Source: Eledone cirrhosa
Lineage: Eukaryota
Reading direction: 5' to 3'
Assembly (NCBI GenBank): GCA_964016885.1
Contig: OZ024755.1
Span: forward strand, 42,594,001-42,658,000
Length of the DNA: 64,000 nt
Shown: piece after piece, positions 46,601 to 61,928 of the stretch
Layout of the letters: every line of letters begins with the position of its first letter
Position numbering within the stretch: the stretch's first letter is position 1
Notes under the pieces: generated by a model
Seen by the model: only the letters and a program-made list of their open reading frames with translations
Told to the model about the DNA's origin: nothing
The model's database searches: none
Translations under genes and position numbers: made by a program

Positions 46601-49600
46601 ATACAGGCCCCCCTCTACACCAATACAAACCCCCTCTACACCAATACAAACCCCCTCTACACCAATACAAACCCCCTCTACACCAATACAGGCCCCCTCT
46701 ACACCAATACAAACCCCCTCTACACCAATACAGGCCCCCCTCTACACCAATACAAACCCCCTCTACACCAATACAAACCCCCTCTACACCAATACAGGCC
46801 CCCTCTACACCAATACAAACCCCCTCTACACCAATACAGGCCCCCCTCTACACCAATACAAACCCCCTCTACACCAATACAGGCCCCCCTCTACACCAAT
46901 ACAAACCCCCTCTACACCAATACAAACCCCCTCTACACCAATACAGGCCCCCTCTACACCAATACAGGCCCCCCTCTACACCAATACAAACCCCCTCTAC
47001 ACCAATACAGGCCCCCCTCTACACCAATACAAACCCCCTCTACACCAATACAAACCCCCTCTACACCAATACAGGCCCCCTCTACACCAATACAGGCCCC
47101 CTCTACACCAATACAGGCCCCCCTCTACACCAATACAAACCCCCTCTACACCAATACAGGCCCCCCTCTACACCAATACAAACCCCCTCTACACCAATAC
47201 AAACCCCCTCTACACCAATACAAACCCCCTCTACACCAATACAGGCCCCCTCTACACCAATACAAACCCCCTCTACACCAATACAGGCCCCCCTCTACAC
47301 CAATACAAACCCCCTCTACACCAATACAAACCCCCTCTACACCAATACAGGCCCCCTCTACACCAATACAAACCCCCTCTACACCAATACAGGCCCCCTC
47401 TACACCAATACAGGCCCCCCTCTACACCAATACAAACCCCCTCTACACCAATACAGGCCCCCCTCTACACCAATACAAACCCCCTCTACACCAATACAGG
47501 CCCCCTCTACACCAATACAAACCCCCTCTACACCAATACAGGCCCCCCTCTACACCAATACAAACCCCCTCTACACCAATACAGGCCCCCCTCTACACCA
47601 ATACAAACCCCCTCTACACCAATACAGGCCCCCTCTACACCAATACAAACCCCCTCTACACCAATACAGGCCCCCCTCTACACCAATACAAACCCCCTCT
47701 ACACCAATACAGGCCCCCCTCTACACCAATACAAACCCCCTCTACACCAATACAGGCCCCCCTCTACACCAATACAAACCCCCTCTACACCAATACAGGC
47801 CCCCCTCTACACCAATACAAACCCCCTCTACACCAATACAGGCCCCCTCTACACCAATACAAACCCCCTCTACACCAATACAGGCCCCCTCTACACCAAT
47901 ACAAACCCCCTCTACACCAATACAGGCCCCCCTCTACACCAATACAAACCCCCTCTACACCAATACAAACCCCCTCTACACCAATACAGGCCCCCTCTAC
48001 ACCAATACAAACCCCCTCTACACCAATACAGGCCCCCTCTACACCAATACAGGCCCCCCTCTACACCAATACAAACCCCCTCTACACCAATACAGGCCCC
48101 CCTCTACACCAATACAAACCCCCTCTACACCAATACAGGCCCCCTCTACACCAATACAAACCCCCTCTACACCAATACAGGCCCCCCTCTACACCAATAC
48201 AAACCCCCTCTACACCAATACAGGCCCCCCTCTACACCAATACAAACCCCCTCTACACCAATACAGGCCCCCTCTACACCAATACAAACCCCCTCTACAC
48301 CAATACAGGCCCCCCTCTACACCAATACAAACCCCCTCTACACCAATACAGGCCCCCCTCTACACCAATACAAACCCCCTCTACACCAATACAGGCCCCC
48401 CTCTACACCAATACAAACCCCCTCTACACCAATACAGGCCCCCTCTACACCAATACAAACCCCCTCTACACCAATACAGGCCCCCCTCTACACCAATACA
48501 AACCCCCTCTACACCAATACAGGCCCCCTCTACACCAATACAAACCCCCTCTACACCAATACAGGCCCCCTCTACACCAATACAGGCCCCCTCTACACCA
48601 ATACAAACCCCCTCTACACCAATACAAACCCCCTCTACACCAATACAAACCCCCTCTACACCAATACAAACCCCCTCTACACCAATACAGGCCCCCTCTA
48701 CACCAATACAAACCCCCTCTACACCAATACAAACCCCCTCTACACCAATACAGGCCCCCTCTACACCAATACAGGCCCCCCTCTACACCAATACAGGCCC
48801 CCTCTACACCAATACAGGCCCCCTCTACACCAATACAGGCCCCCCTCTACACCAATACAAACCCCCTCTACACCAATACAGGCCCCCCTCTACACCAATA
48901 CAAACCCCCTCTACACCAATACAGGCCCCCTCTACACCAATACAGGCCCCCCTCTACACCAATACAAACCCCCTCTACACCAATACAGGCCCCCTCTACA
49001 CCAATACAAACCCCCTCTACACCAATACAGGCCCCCTCTACACCAATACAAACCCCCTCTACACCAATACAAACCCCCTCTACACCAATACAAACCCCCT
49101 CTACACCAATACAAACCCCCTCTACACCAATACAGGCCCCCTCTACACCAATACAAACCCCCTCTACACCAATACAGGCCCCCTCTACACCAATACAGGC
49201 CCCCTCTACACCAATACAGGCCCCCTCTACACCAATACAGGCCCCCTCTACACCAATACAGGCCCCCTCTACACCAATACAGGCCCCCCTCTACACCAAT
49301 ACAAACCCCCTCTACACCAATACAGGCCCCCTCTACACCAATACAGGCCCCCTCTACACCAATACAGGCCCCCTCTACACCAATACAAACCCCCTCTACA
49401 CCAATACAGGCCCCCTCTAAACCAATACAGGCCCCCTCTACACCAATACAAACCCCCTCTACACCAATACAGGCCCCCTCTACACCAATACAGGCCCCCT
49501 CTACACCAATACAGGCCCCCTCTACACCAATACAAACCCCCTCTACACCAATACAGGCCCCCTCTACACCAATACAGGCCCCCTCTACACCAATACAGGC

Positions 49601-52600
49601 CCCCTCTACACCAATACAAACCCCCTCTACACCAATACAGGCCCCCTCTACACCAATACAGGCCCCCTCTACACCAATACAAACCCCCTCTACACCAATA
49701 CAGGCCCCCTCTACACCAATACAGGCCCCCTCTACACCAATACAGGCCCCCTCTACACCAATACAAACCCCCTCTACACCAATACAGGCCCCCTCTACAC
49801 CAATACAGGCCCCCTCTACACCAATACAGGCCCCCTCTACACCAATACAAACCCCCTCTACACCAATACAAACCCCCTCTACACCAATACAAACCCCCTC
49901 TACACCAATACAAACCCCCTCTACACCAATACAAACCCCCTCTACACCAATACAAACCCCCTCTACACCAATACAGGCCCCCTCTACACCAATACAGGCC
50001 CCCTCTACACCAATACAGGCCCCCTCTACACCAATACAGGCCCCCTCTACACCAATACAGGCCCCCCTCTACACCAATACAAACCCCCTCTACACCAATA
50101 CAACCCCCCCCCTCTACACCAATACAGGCCCCCCTCTACACCAATACAGGCCCCCCTCTACACCAATACAACCCCCCCCCCCTCTACACCAATACAGGCC
50201 CCCCTCTACACCAATACAGGCCCCCTCTACACCAATACAGGCCCCCTCTACACCAATACAGGCCCCCTCTACACCAATACAAACCCCCTCTACACCAATA
50301 CAGGCCCCCTCTACACCAATACAAACCCCCTCTACACCAATACAAACCCCCTCTACACCAATACAGGCCCCCCTCTACACCAATACAAACCCCCTCTACA
50401 CCAATACAGGCCCCCCTCTACACCAATACAAACCCCCTCTACACCAATACAGGCCCCCCTCTACACCAATACAAACCCCCTCTACACCAATACAGGCCCC
50501 CCTCTACACCAATACAAACCCCCTCTACACCAATACAGGCCCCCTCTACACCAATACAGGCCCCCTCTACACCAATACAGGCCCCCTCTACACCAATACA
50601 GGCCCCCTCTACACCAATACAGGCCCCCTCTACACCAATACAGGCCCCCTCTACACCAATACAAACCCCCTCTACACCAATACAGGCCCCCTCTACACCA
50701 ATACAAACCCCCTCTACACCAATACAGGCCCCCCTCTACACCAATACAAACCCCCTCTACACCAATACAGGCCCCCCTCTACACCAATACAGGCCCCCCT
50801 CTACACCAATACAAACCCCCTCTACACCAATACAGGCCCCCTCTACACCAATACAAACCCCCTCTACACCAATACAGGCCCCCCTCTACACCAATACAAA
50901 CCCCCTCTACACCAATACAAACCCCCTCTACACCAATACAAACCCCCTCTACACCAATACAGGCCCCCTCTACACCAATACAAACCCCCTCTACACCAAT
51001 ACAGGCCCCCCTCTACACCAATACAAACCCCCTCTACACCAATACAGGCCCCCCTCTACACCAATACAAACCCCCTCTACACCAATACAAACCCCCTCTA
51101 CACCAATACAAACCCCCTCTACACCAATACAAACCCCCTCTACACCAATACAAACCCCCTCTACACCAATACAAACCCCCTCTACACCAATACAAACCCC
51201 CTCTACACCAATACAAACCCCCTCTACACCAATACAAACCCCCTCTACACCAATACAAACCCCCTCTACACCAATACAAACCCCCTCTACACCAATACAA
51301 ACCCCCTCTACACCAATACAAACCCCCTCTACACCAATACAAACCCCCTCTACACCAATACAAACCCCCTCTACACCAATACAAACCCCCTCTACACCAA
51401 TACAAACCCCCTCTACACCAATACAAACCCCCTCTACACCAATACAGACCCCCTCTACACCAATACAGGCCCCCTCTACACCAATACAGGCCCCCTCTAC
51501 ACCAATACAAACCCCCTCTACACCAATACAAACCCCCTCTACACCAATACAAACCCCCTCTACACCAATACAAACCCCCTCTACACCAATACAAACCCCC
51601 TCTACACCAATACAGGCCCCCTCTACACCAATACAGGCCCCCCTCTACACCAATACAGGCCCCCTCTACACCAATACAGGCCCCCTCTACACCAATACAG
51701 GCCCCCCTCTACACCAATACAAACCCCCTCTACACCAATACAGGCCCCCTCTACACCAATACAGGCCCCCCTCTACACCAATACAAACCCCCTCTACACC
51801 AATACAGGCCCCCCTCTACACCAATACAAACCCCCTCTACACCAATACAGGCCCCCTCTACACCAATACAGGCCCCCCTCTACACCAATACAAACCCCCT
51901 CTACACCAATACAAACCCCCTCTACACCAATACAAACCCCCTCTACACCAATACAGGCCCCCTCTACACCAATACAGGCCCCCTCTACACCAATACAGGC
52001 CCCCCTCTACACCAATACAAACCCCCTCTACACCAATACAGGCCCCCCTCTACACCAATACAAACCCCCTCTACACCAATACAGGCCCCCTCTACACCAA
52101 TACAGGCCCCCCTCTACACCAATACAAACCCCCTCTACACCAATACAGGCCCCCCTCTACACCAATACAAACCCCCTCTACACCAATACAAACCCCCTCT
52201 ACACCAATACAAACCCCCTCTACACCAATACAGGCCCCCTCTACACCAATACAGGCCCCCTCTACACCAATACAAACCCCCTCTACACCAATACAAACCC
52301 CCTCTACACCAATACAAACCCCCTCTACACCAATACAAACCCCCTCTACACCAATACAGGCCCCCTCTACACCAATACAGGCCCCCTCTACACCAATACA
52401 GGCCCCCCTCTACACCAATACAAACCCCCTCTACACCAATACAGGCCCCCCTCTACACCAATACAAACCCCCTCTACACCAATACAGGCCCCCTCTACAC
52501 CAATACAGGCCCCCCTCTACACCAATACAAACCCCCTCTACACCAATACAAACCCCCTCTACACCAATACAAACCCCCTCTACACCAATACAGGCCCCCT

Positions 52601-55600
52601 CTACACCAATACAAACCCCCTCTACACCAATACAGGCCCCCTCTACACCAATACAGGCCCCCTCTACACCAATACAGGCCCCCTCTACACCAATACAAAC
52701 CCCCTCTACACCAATACAGGCCCCCTCTACACCAATACAGGCCCCCTCTACACCAATACAGGCCCCCTCTACACCAATACAAACCCCCTCTACACCAATA
52801 CAAACCCCCTCTACACCAATACAAACCCCCTCTACACCAATACAAACCCCCTCTACACCAATACAGGCCCCCTCTACACCAATACAGGCCCCCTCTACAC
52901 CAATACAAACCCCCTCTACACCAATACAAACCCCCTCTACACCAATACAGGCCCCCTCTACACCAATACAAACCCCCTCTACACCAATACAGGCCCCCTC
53001 TACACCAATACAAACCCCCTCTACACCAATACAAACCCCCTCTACACCAATACAAACCCCCTCTACACCAATACAAACCCCCTCTACACCAATACAAACC
53101 CCCTCTACACCAATACAAACCCCCTCTACACCAATACAGGCCCCCTCTACACCAATACAAACCCCCTCTACACCAATACAGGCCCCCTCTACACCAATAC
53201 AAACCCCCTCTACACCAATACAAACCCCCTCTACACCAATACAAACCCCCTCTACACCAATACAGGCCCCCTCTACACCAATACAGGCCCCCCTCTACAC
53301 CAATACAGGCCCCCTCTAAACCAATACAGGCCCCCTCTAAACCAATACAGGCCCCCTCTACACCAATACAGGCCCCCTCTAAACCAATACAGGCCCCCTC
53401 TAAACCAATACAGGCCCCCTCTACACCAATACAGGCCCCCTCTACACCAATACAGGCCCCCTCTACACCAATACAGGCCCCCTCTACACCAATACAGGCC
53501 CCCTCTACACCAATACAGGCCCCCTCTACACCAATACAGGCCCCCTCTACACCAATACAGGCCCCCTCTACACCAATACAGGCCCCCTCTACACCAATAC
53601 AGCCCCCCTCTACACCAATACAGGCCCCCTCTACACCAATACAGGCCCCCTCTACACCAATACAGGCCCCCTCTACACCAATACAAACCCCCTCTACACC
53701 AATACAGGCCCCCTCTACACCAATACAGGCCCCCTCTACACCAATACAGGCCCCCTCTACACCAATACAGGCCCCCTCTACACCAATACAGGCCCCCTCT
53801 ACACCAATACAGGCCCCCTCTACACCAATACAAACCCCCTCTACACCAATACAGGCCCCCTCTACACCAATACAGGCCCCCTCTACACCAATACAGGCCC
53901 CCTCTACACCAATACAGGCCCCCTCTACACCAATACAGGCCCCCTCTACACCAATACAGCCCCCCTCTACACCAATACAGGCCCCCTCTACACCAATACA
54001 GGCCCCCTCTACACCAATACAGGCCCCCTCTACACCAATACAAACCCCCTCTACACCAATACAGGCCCCCTCTACACCAATACAGGCCCCCTCTACACCA
54101 ATACAGGCCCCCTCTACACCAATACAGGCCCCCTCTACACCAATACAGGCCCCCTCTACACCAATACAGGCCCCCTCTACACCAATACAAACCCCCTCTA
54201 CACCAATACAGGCCCCCTCTACACCAATACAAACCCCCTCTACACCAATACAGGCCCCCTCTACACCAATACAGCCCCCTCTACACCAATACAGGCCCCC
54301 TCTACACCAATACAGGCCCCCTCTACACCAATACAGGCCCCCTCTACACCAATACAAACCCCCTCTACACCAATACAGGCCCCCTCTACACCAATACAGG
54401 CCCCCTCTACACCAATACAGGCCCCCTCTACACCAATACAGGCCCCCTCTACACCAATACAGGCCCCCTCTACACCAATACAAACCCCCTCTACACCAAT
54501 ACACGCCACCCTCTACACCAATACAGGCCCCCTCTACACCAATACAGCCCCCCTCTACACCAATACAAACCCCCTCTACACCAATACACGCCACCCTCTA
54601 CACCAATACAAACCCCCTCTACACCAATACAGGCCCCCTCTACACCAATACAGGCCCCCTCTACACCAATACAGGCCCCCTCTACACCAATACAGCCCCC
54701 CTCTACACCAATACAAACCCCCTCTACACCAATACACGCCACCCTCTACACCAATACAAACCCCCTCTACACCAATACAGGCCCCCTCTACACCAATACA
54801 GGCCCCCTCTACACCAATACAGGCCCCCTCTACACCAATACAGCCCCCCTCTACACCAATACAAACCCCCTCTACACCAATACACGCCACCCTCTACACC
54901 AATACAGGCCCCCTCTACACCAATACAGCCCCCCTCTACACCAATACAAACCCCCTCTACACCAATACAGGCCCCCTCTACACCAATACAAACCCCCTCT
55001 ACACCAAGACAGGCCCCCCCTCTACACCAATACAAACCCCCTCTACACCAATACAAACCCCCTCTACACCAATACAGGCCCCCTCTACACCAATACAGCC
55101 CCCCTCTACACCAATACAAACCCCCTCTACACCAATACAGGCCCCCTCTACACCAATACAAACCCCCTCTACACCAAGACAGGCCCCCCCTCTACACCAA
55201 TACAAACCCCCTCTACACCAATACAAACCCCCTCTACACCAATACAGGCCCCCTCTACACCAATACAGCCCCCCTCTACACCAATACAAACCCCCTCTAC
55301 ACCAATACAGGCCCCCTCTACACCAATACAAACCCCCTCTACACCAAGACAGGCCCCCCCTCTACACCAATACAAACCCCCTCTACACCAATACAAACCC
55401 CCTCTACACCAATACAGGCCCCCTCTACACCAATACAAACCCCCTCTACACCAATACAGGCCCCCTCTACACCAAGACAGGCCCCCCCTCTACACCAATA
55501 CAGGCCCCCTCTACACCAATACAAACCCCCTCTACACCAATACAAACCCCCTCTACACCAATACAGGCCCCCTCTACACCAATACAAACCCCCTCTACAC

Positions 55601-58600
55601 CAATACAGGCCCCCTCTACACCAAGACAGGCCCCCCCTCTACACCAATACAGGCCCCCTCTACACCAATACAAACCCCCTCTACACCAATACAAACCCCC
55701 TCTACACCAATACAGGCCCCCTCTACACCAATACAAACCCCCTCTACACCAATACAGGCCCCCTCTACACCAAGACAGGCCCCCCTCTACACCAATACAA
55801 ACCCCCTCTACACCAATACAAACCCCCTCTACACCAATACAAACCCCCTCTACACCAATACAGGCCCCCTCTACACCAATACAGGCCCCCTCTACACCAA
55901 TACAAACCCCCTCTACACCAATACAAACCCCCTCTACACCAATACAGCCCCCCTCTACACCAATACACGCCCCCCTCTACACCAATACAGCCCCCCTCTA
56001 CACCAATACAAACCCCCTCTACACCAATACAGGCCCCCTCTACACCAATACAAACCCCCTCTACACCAATACAGGCCCCCCTCTACACCAATACAGGCCC
56101 CCTCTACACCAATACAGGCCCCCTCTACACCAATACAGGCCCCCTCTACACCAATACAGGCCCCCTCTACACCAATACAGGCCCCCTCTACACCAATACA
56201 GGCCCCCTCTACACCAATACAGGCCCCCTCTAAACCAATACAGGCCCCCTCTACACCAATACAAACCCCCTCTACACCAATACAGGCCCCCCCTCTCACA
56301 CACACGAATACAACCCCCCCTCTACACCAATACAAACCCCCTCTACACCAATACAGGCCCCCCTCTACACCAATACAGGCCCCCTCTACACCAATACAGG
56401 CCCCCTCTACACCAATACAGGCCCCCTCTAAACCAATACAGGCCCCCTCTAAACCAATACAGGCCCCCTCTACACCAATACAGGCCCCCTCTAAACCAAT
56501 ACAGGCCCCCTCTACACCAATACAGGCCCCCTCTACACCAATACAAACCCCCTCTACACCAATACAGGCCCCCTCTACACCAATACAGGCCCCCTCTAAA
56601 CCAATACAGGCCCCCTCTACACCAATACAGGCCCCCCCTCTCACACACACGAATACAACCCCCCCTCTACACCAATACAAACCCCCTCTACACCAATACA
56701 GCCCCCCCCTCTACACCAATACAACCCCCCCTCAACACCAATACAGGCCCCCCTCTACACCAAGACAGGCCCCCCTCTACACCAATACAGCCCCCCCCTC
56801 TACACCAATACAGGCCCCCCTCTACACCAAGACAGGCCCCCCTCTACACCAAGACAGGCCCCCCTCTACACCAATACAGCCCCCCCTCTACACCAATACA
56901 ACCCCCCCCTCTACACCAATACAGGCCCCCCTCTACACCAAGACAGGCCCCCCCTCTACACCAATACAGGCCCCCCTCTACACCAATACAGCCCCCCCCC
57001 TCTACACCAATACAGGCCCCCCTCTACACCAAGACAGGCCCCCCTCTACACCAAGACAGGCCCCCCCTCTACACCAATACAGGCCCCCCTCTACACCAAT
57101 ACAGCCCCCCCCCCCCTCTACACCAATACAGGCCCCCCTCTACACCAATACAGGCCCCCCTCTACACCAAGACAGGCCCCCCCTCTACACCAATACAGGC
57201 CCCCCTCTACACCAATACAGCCCCCCCCCCCTCTACACCAATACAGGCCCCCCTCTACACCAAGACAGGCCCCCTCTACACCAATACAGGCCCCCCTCTA
57301 CACCAATACACCCCCCCCCCTCTACACCAATACAGGCCCCCCTCTACACCAAGACAGGCCCCCCCTCTACACCAATACAGCCCCCCCCTCTACACCAATA
57401 CAGGCCCCCCTCTACACCAAGACAGGCCCCCCCTCTACACCAATACAGGCCCCCCTCTACACCAATACAGCCCCCCCCCCTCTACACCAATACAGGCCCC
57501 CCTCTACACCAAGACAGGCCCCCCCTCTACACCAATACAGGCCCCCCTCTACACCAATACAGCCCCCCCCTCTAAACCAATACAGGCCCCCTCTACACCA
57601 ATACAGCCCCCCCCTCTACACCAATACAGCCCCCCTCTACACCAATACAGCCCCCCTCTACACCAGTACAAGCCTCCCTCTACACCAATACAAGCCCCCC
57701 TCTACACCAGTACAAGCCTCCCTCTACACCAATACAAGCCCCCCTGTACACCAATACAAGCCCCCCTCTACACCAATACAGCCCCCCTCTACACCAGTAC
57801 AAGCCTCCCTCTACACCAATACAAGCCCCCCTCTACACCAATACAGCCCCCCTCTACACCAGTACAAGCCTCCCTCTACACCAGTACAAGCCTCCCTCTA
57901 CACCAATACAGGCCTCCCTCTACACCAATACAGCCCCCCTCTACACCAGTACAAGCCTCCCTCTACACCAATACAAGCCCCCCTCTACACCAATACAGCC
58001 CCCCTCTACACCAGTACAAGCCTCCCTCTACACCAGTACAAGCCTCCCTCTACACCAATACAAGCCCCCCTGTACACCAATACAAGCCCCCCTCTACACC
58101 AATACAGCCCCCCTCTACACCAGTACAAGCCTCCCTCTACACCAATACAAGCCCCCCTGTACACCAATACAAGCCCCCCTCTACACCAATACAGCCCCCC
58201 TCTACACCAATACAGCCCCCCTCTACACCAATACAAGCCCCCCTGTACACCAATACAGGCCATTCTCTACACCAATACAGGCCCCCCTCTACACCAATAC
58301 AGGCCTCCCTCTACTCCAATACAGGTCCCCCTCTACATCAATAGAGGCCCCCCTCTACACCAATACAAGACCCTCTCTACACCAATACAGCCCCCCTCTA
58401 CACCAATACAGCCCCCCTCTACACCAATACAAGACCCTCTCTACACCAATACAGCCCCCCTGTACACCAATACAAGCCCCCCTCTACACCAATACAGCCC
58501 CCCTCTACACCAGTACAAGCCTCCCTCTACACCAATACAAGCCCCCCTGTACACCAATACAAGCCCCCCTCTACACCAATACAGCCCCCCTCTACACCAA

Positions 58601-59391
58601 TACAGCCCCCCTCTACACCAATACAAGCCCCCCTGTACACCAATACAGGCCATTCTCTACACCAATACAGGCCCCCCTCTACACCAATACAGGCCTCCCT
58701 CTACTCCAATACAGGTCCCCCTCTACATCAATAGAGGCCCCCCTCTACACCAATACAAGACCCTCTCTACACCAATACAGCCCCCCTCTACACCAATACA
58801 GCCCCCCTCTACACCAATACAAGACCCTCTCTACACCAATACAGCCCCCCTCTACACCAATACAAGTCCCCCTCTACTCCAATACAGGCCCACCTCTACA
58901 CCAATAGAGGCCCCCCTCTACACCAATACAACCCCCCCCTCTACTCCAATACAGGCCCACCTCTACACCAATACAGGCCCCCCTCTACACCAATACAGGC
59001 CCCCCTCTACACCAATACAGGCCCCCCCTCTACACCAATACAACCCCCCCTCTACACCAATACAGGCCCCCCTCTACACCAATACAACCCCCCCCCCCCT
59101 CTACTCCAATACAGGCCCCCCTCTACTCCAATACAGCCCCCCCCTCTACACCAATACAGGCCCCCCTCTACACCAATACAGGCCCCCCTCTACACCAATA
59201 CAGCCCCCCCCCCACCTCTACACCAATACAGGCCCCCCTCTACACCAATACAGGCCCCCCTCTACACCAATACAGGCCCCCCTCTACACCAATACAACCC
59301 CCCCCCCCCTCTACACCAATACAACCCCCCCTCTACTCCAATACAACCCCCCCCTCTACACCAATACAGGCCCCCCTCTACACCAATACAG
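43670..59391. repeat. 15.7-kb satellite of 21/22-bp units CTCTACACCAATACA[GG/AA]CCCC(C)
   Basis: Roughly 730-740 units (length/period estimate); homogeneous core, diverged edges. Confidence 0.99.
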
Positions 59392-59449
59392 TTCACCTGT
59401 CACCCCCCTCGCCTAACTATCCTGCCTTTTTTCTATATTTAAGATATTA

Positions 59450-60010
59450 CATATTGTACTAGGAGTGTATATATATGGAGGTGTATATAGTGTACTAGGG
59501 GGTGTATATATATTGTACTAGGGGGTGTATATATATGGAGGTGTATATAGTGTACTAGGGGGTGTATATATATTGTACTAGGGGGTGTATATATATGGAG
59601 GTGTATATAGTGTACTAGGGGGTGTATATATATGGAGGTGTATATATATTGTACTAGGGGGTGTATATATATGGAGGTGTATATATATTGTACTAGAGGT
59701 GTATATATATATGGACGTGTATATATTGTACTACGGGTGTATATATATATATATATGGAGGTGTATATATTGTACTAGGGTGTGTGTATATATGGACGTG
59801 TATATATTGTACTACGGGTGTATATATATATATATATGGAGGTGTATATATTGTACTAGGGTGTGTGTATATATATATATATATATATATGGAGGTGTAC
59901 ATATATTGTACTAGGGGTGTATATATATATATGGAGGTATATATATATTGTACTAGGGGTGTATATGTATATTTAAGATATACAATGTACTAGGGGGTGT
60001 ATATATATAT
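59450..60010. repeat. Degenerate TGTACTAGGGGGTG(TA)n / GGAGGTG minisatellite
   Basis: Seen directly. Confidence 0.85.
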
Positions 60011-60304
60011 GAAGGTATATATGATGTTTATGTATAATAAATATATAAAAGTTTACTTATCAATATCTTAACCTATGATCATGTTTCTGGATCTTTATCC
60101 ATCATCAGTGACAATTTTGAGACACACTATGATTTCAAAAAGTTGGGATATGAATTGAGGGAATTTGGTTGTTATGTCTAGCAGATTACAATACTTATTT
60201 GGCTCATCAGCTCATAGTTATTTTACATATGAGGTGCTTATTCTTTTATTGCATGAAAGTCAATCAAGAAATATTTGCAATTTAGGAATTGTAATGTTTT
60301 GAAA

Positions 60305-60535
60305 TGAGAGATGACAGCTCCGATACTGCGGGCAGGGGGTTAGGGTGTCCCAGGAAAGAATCTCTGGACAGATTTTATGGGCAAAACCAACTGGCAGGAA
60401 ACCCAGGGGTAGACCCCAAGCAAGATGGTTGGATAACAACCATGAGACTAGCTAGTCACACTTAGGGATCCTTCTGGATCAGTAGGAGACAGCTGCTTCT
60501 GACAGGACCTACTGGAGGGAGTGTTGGAGGACTCT
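60305..60535 (+). mobile_element. RTE 3' fragment
   Basis: Aligns by eye with 11705-11935. Confidence 0.7.
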
Positions 60536-60750
60536 GCCCCCCCCCCCCCCCACCTGCAGTCAGCTACAGTCTTTTACCATCATTTCCACACATTCTGATC
60601 TGTGACAAGTCCTTCAAGATGACATGGATTGCTCAAGTGTAATGATGTGCTTCAGTTGGGCTTTCCTTAGCTTCATGGGAGTACCATACTAAGAACTCTC
60701 TATTATCTTCAATAACTAATGTTATTATTACTTCCATATAAGGGAGTTGC

Positions 60751-61491
60751 ATTGGCAGTGTCGGTAGAGGGTCGGACGCCATGCTAGGGCGGTGGATTGG
60801 CAGTGCCGGTAGAGGGTCGGACGCCATGCTAGGGCGGTGGATTGGCAGTGCCGGTAGAGGGTCGGACGCCATGCTAGGGCGGTGGATTGGCAGTGCCGGT
60901 AGAGGGTCGGACGCCATGCTAGGGCGGTGGATTGGCAGTGCCGGTAGAGGGTCGGACGCCATGCTAGGGCGGTGGATTGGCAGTGCCGGTAGAGGGTCGG
61001 ACGCCATGCTAGGGCGGTGGATTGGCAGTGCCGGTAGAGGGTCGGACGCCATGCTAGGGCGGTGGATTGGCAGTGCCGGTAGAAGGTCGGACGCCATGCT
61101 AGGGCGGTGGATTGGCAGTGCCGGTAGAGGGTCGGACGCCATGCTAGGGCGGTGGATTGGCAGTGCCGGTAGAGGGTCGGACGCCATGCTAGGGCGGTGG
61201 ATTGGCAGTGCCGGTAGAGGGTCGGACGCCATGCTAGGGCGGTGGATTGGCAGTGCCGGTAGAGGGTCGGACGCCATGCTAGGGCGGTGGATTGGCAGTG
61301 CCGGTAGAGGGTCGGACGCCATGCTAGGGCGGTGGATTGGCAGTGCCGGTAGAAGGTCGGACGCCATGCCTTGCAGCAAAGAGTTATGTTCGTTTATGGT
61401 CTGGGTTCAAATCCCGGGGTCGATAAAATAAAGTACCAGTAATACACTGGAGTAATTACTGGCCTTGTGCCAAAAGTAGAAACAATTATTA
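60751..61491 (+). mobile_element. tRNA-SINE whose 45-bp head is tandemly amplified ~13.7 times
   Basis: Unit matches the head of the SINE at 15543-15737; last unit runs into B box GGTTCAAATCCC and SINE body. Confidence 0.9.
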
Positions 61492-61519
61492 CTTCTATAT
61501 AAACTTTCATTGATCCAAA

Positions 61520-61835
61520 CGAGGAGACCTCCACTGATGAGATCTTCCTGATGAGATGAAACCATCATTGATGAGATGAGACCTCCACTGATGAGACCTT
61601 CCTGATGAGACCTCCACTGATGAGACCTCCACCGATGAGATGAGACCTTCCTGATGAGACCTCCACTGTTGAGACCTCCACCAATGAGATGAGACCTCCA
61701 CTGATAAGACCTTCCTGATGAGACTTCCACTGATGAGACCTCCACTGATGAGACCTTCCTGATGAGACCTCCACTGATGAGATGAGACCTCCACTGATAA
61801 GACCTTCCTGATGAGATTTCCACTGATGAAACCTT
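61520..61835 (+). repeat. 14-20-bp minisatellite (GAGACCTCCACTGAT)
   Basis: Seen directly; rich in CTGATGAG. Confidence 0.9.
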
Positions 61836-61928
61836 CACTTGGTCAATTGACTTGCTCAAACAGGTATGAGACCCATATAGAGCACAGGTGAGATTCATAT
61901 ATTTTCACTAGCTCTGACAGTTGGCAGG

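Noticed and set aside
43670-59391. Long ORFs (YWCRGGL / CIGVEGA repeats, up to 699 aa)
   Set aside because: Products of a stop-free 21-bp period; frames shift at every 22-bp unit.
43670-59391. CRISPR-like array
   Set aside because: No unique spacers, no cas genes, eukaryotic context.
60633-61431. 248-aa and 216-aa repeat ORFs
   Set aside because: Translations of the 45-bp SINE-derived repeat.
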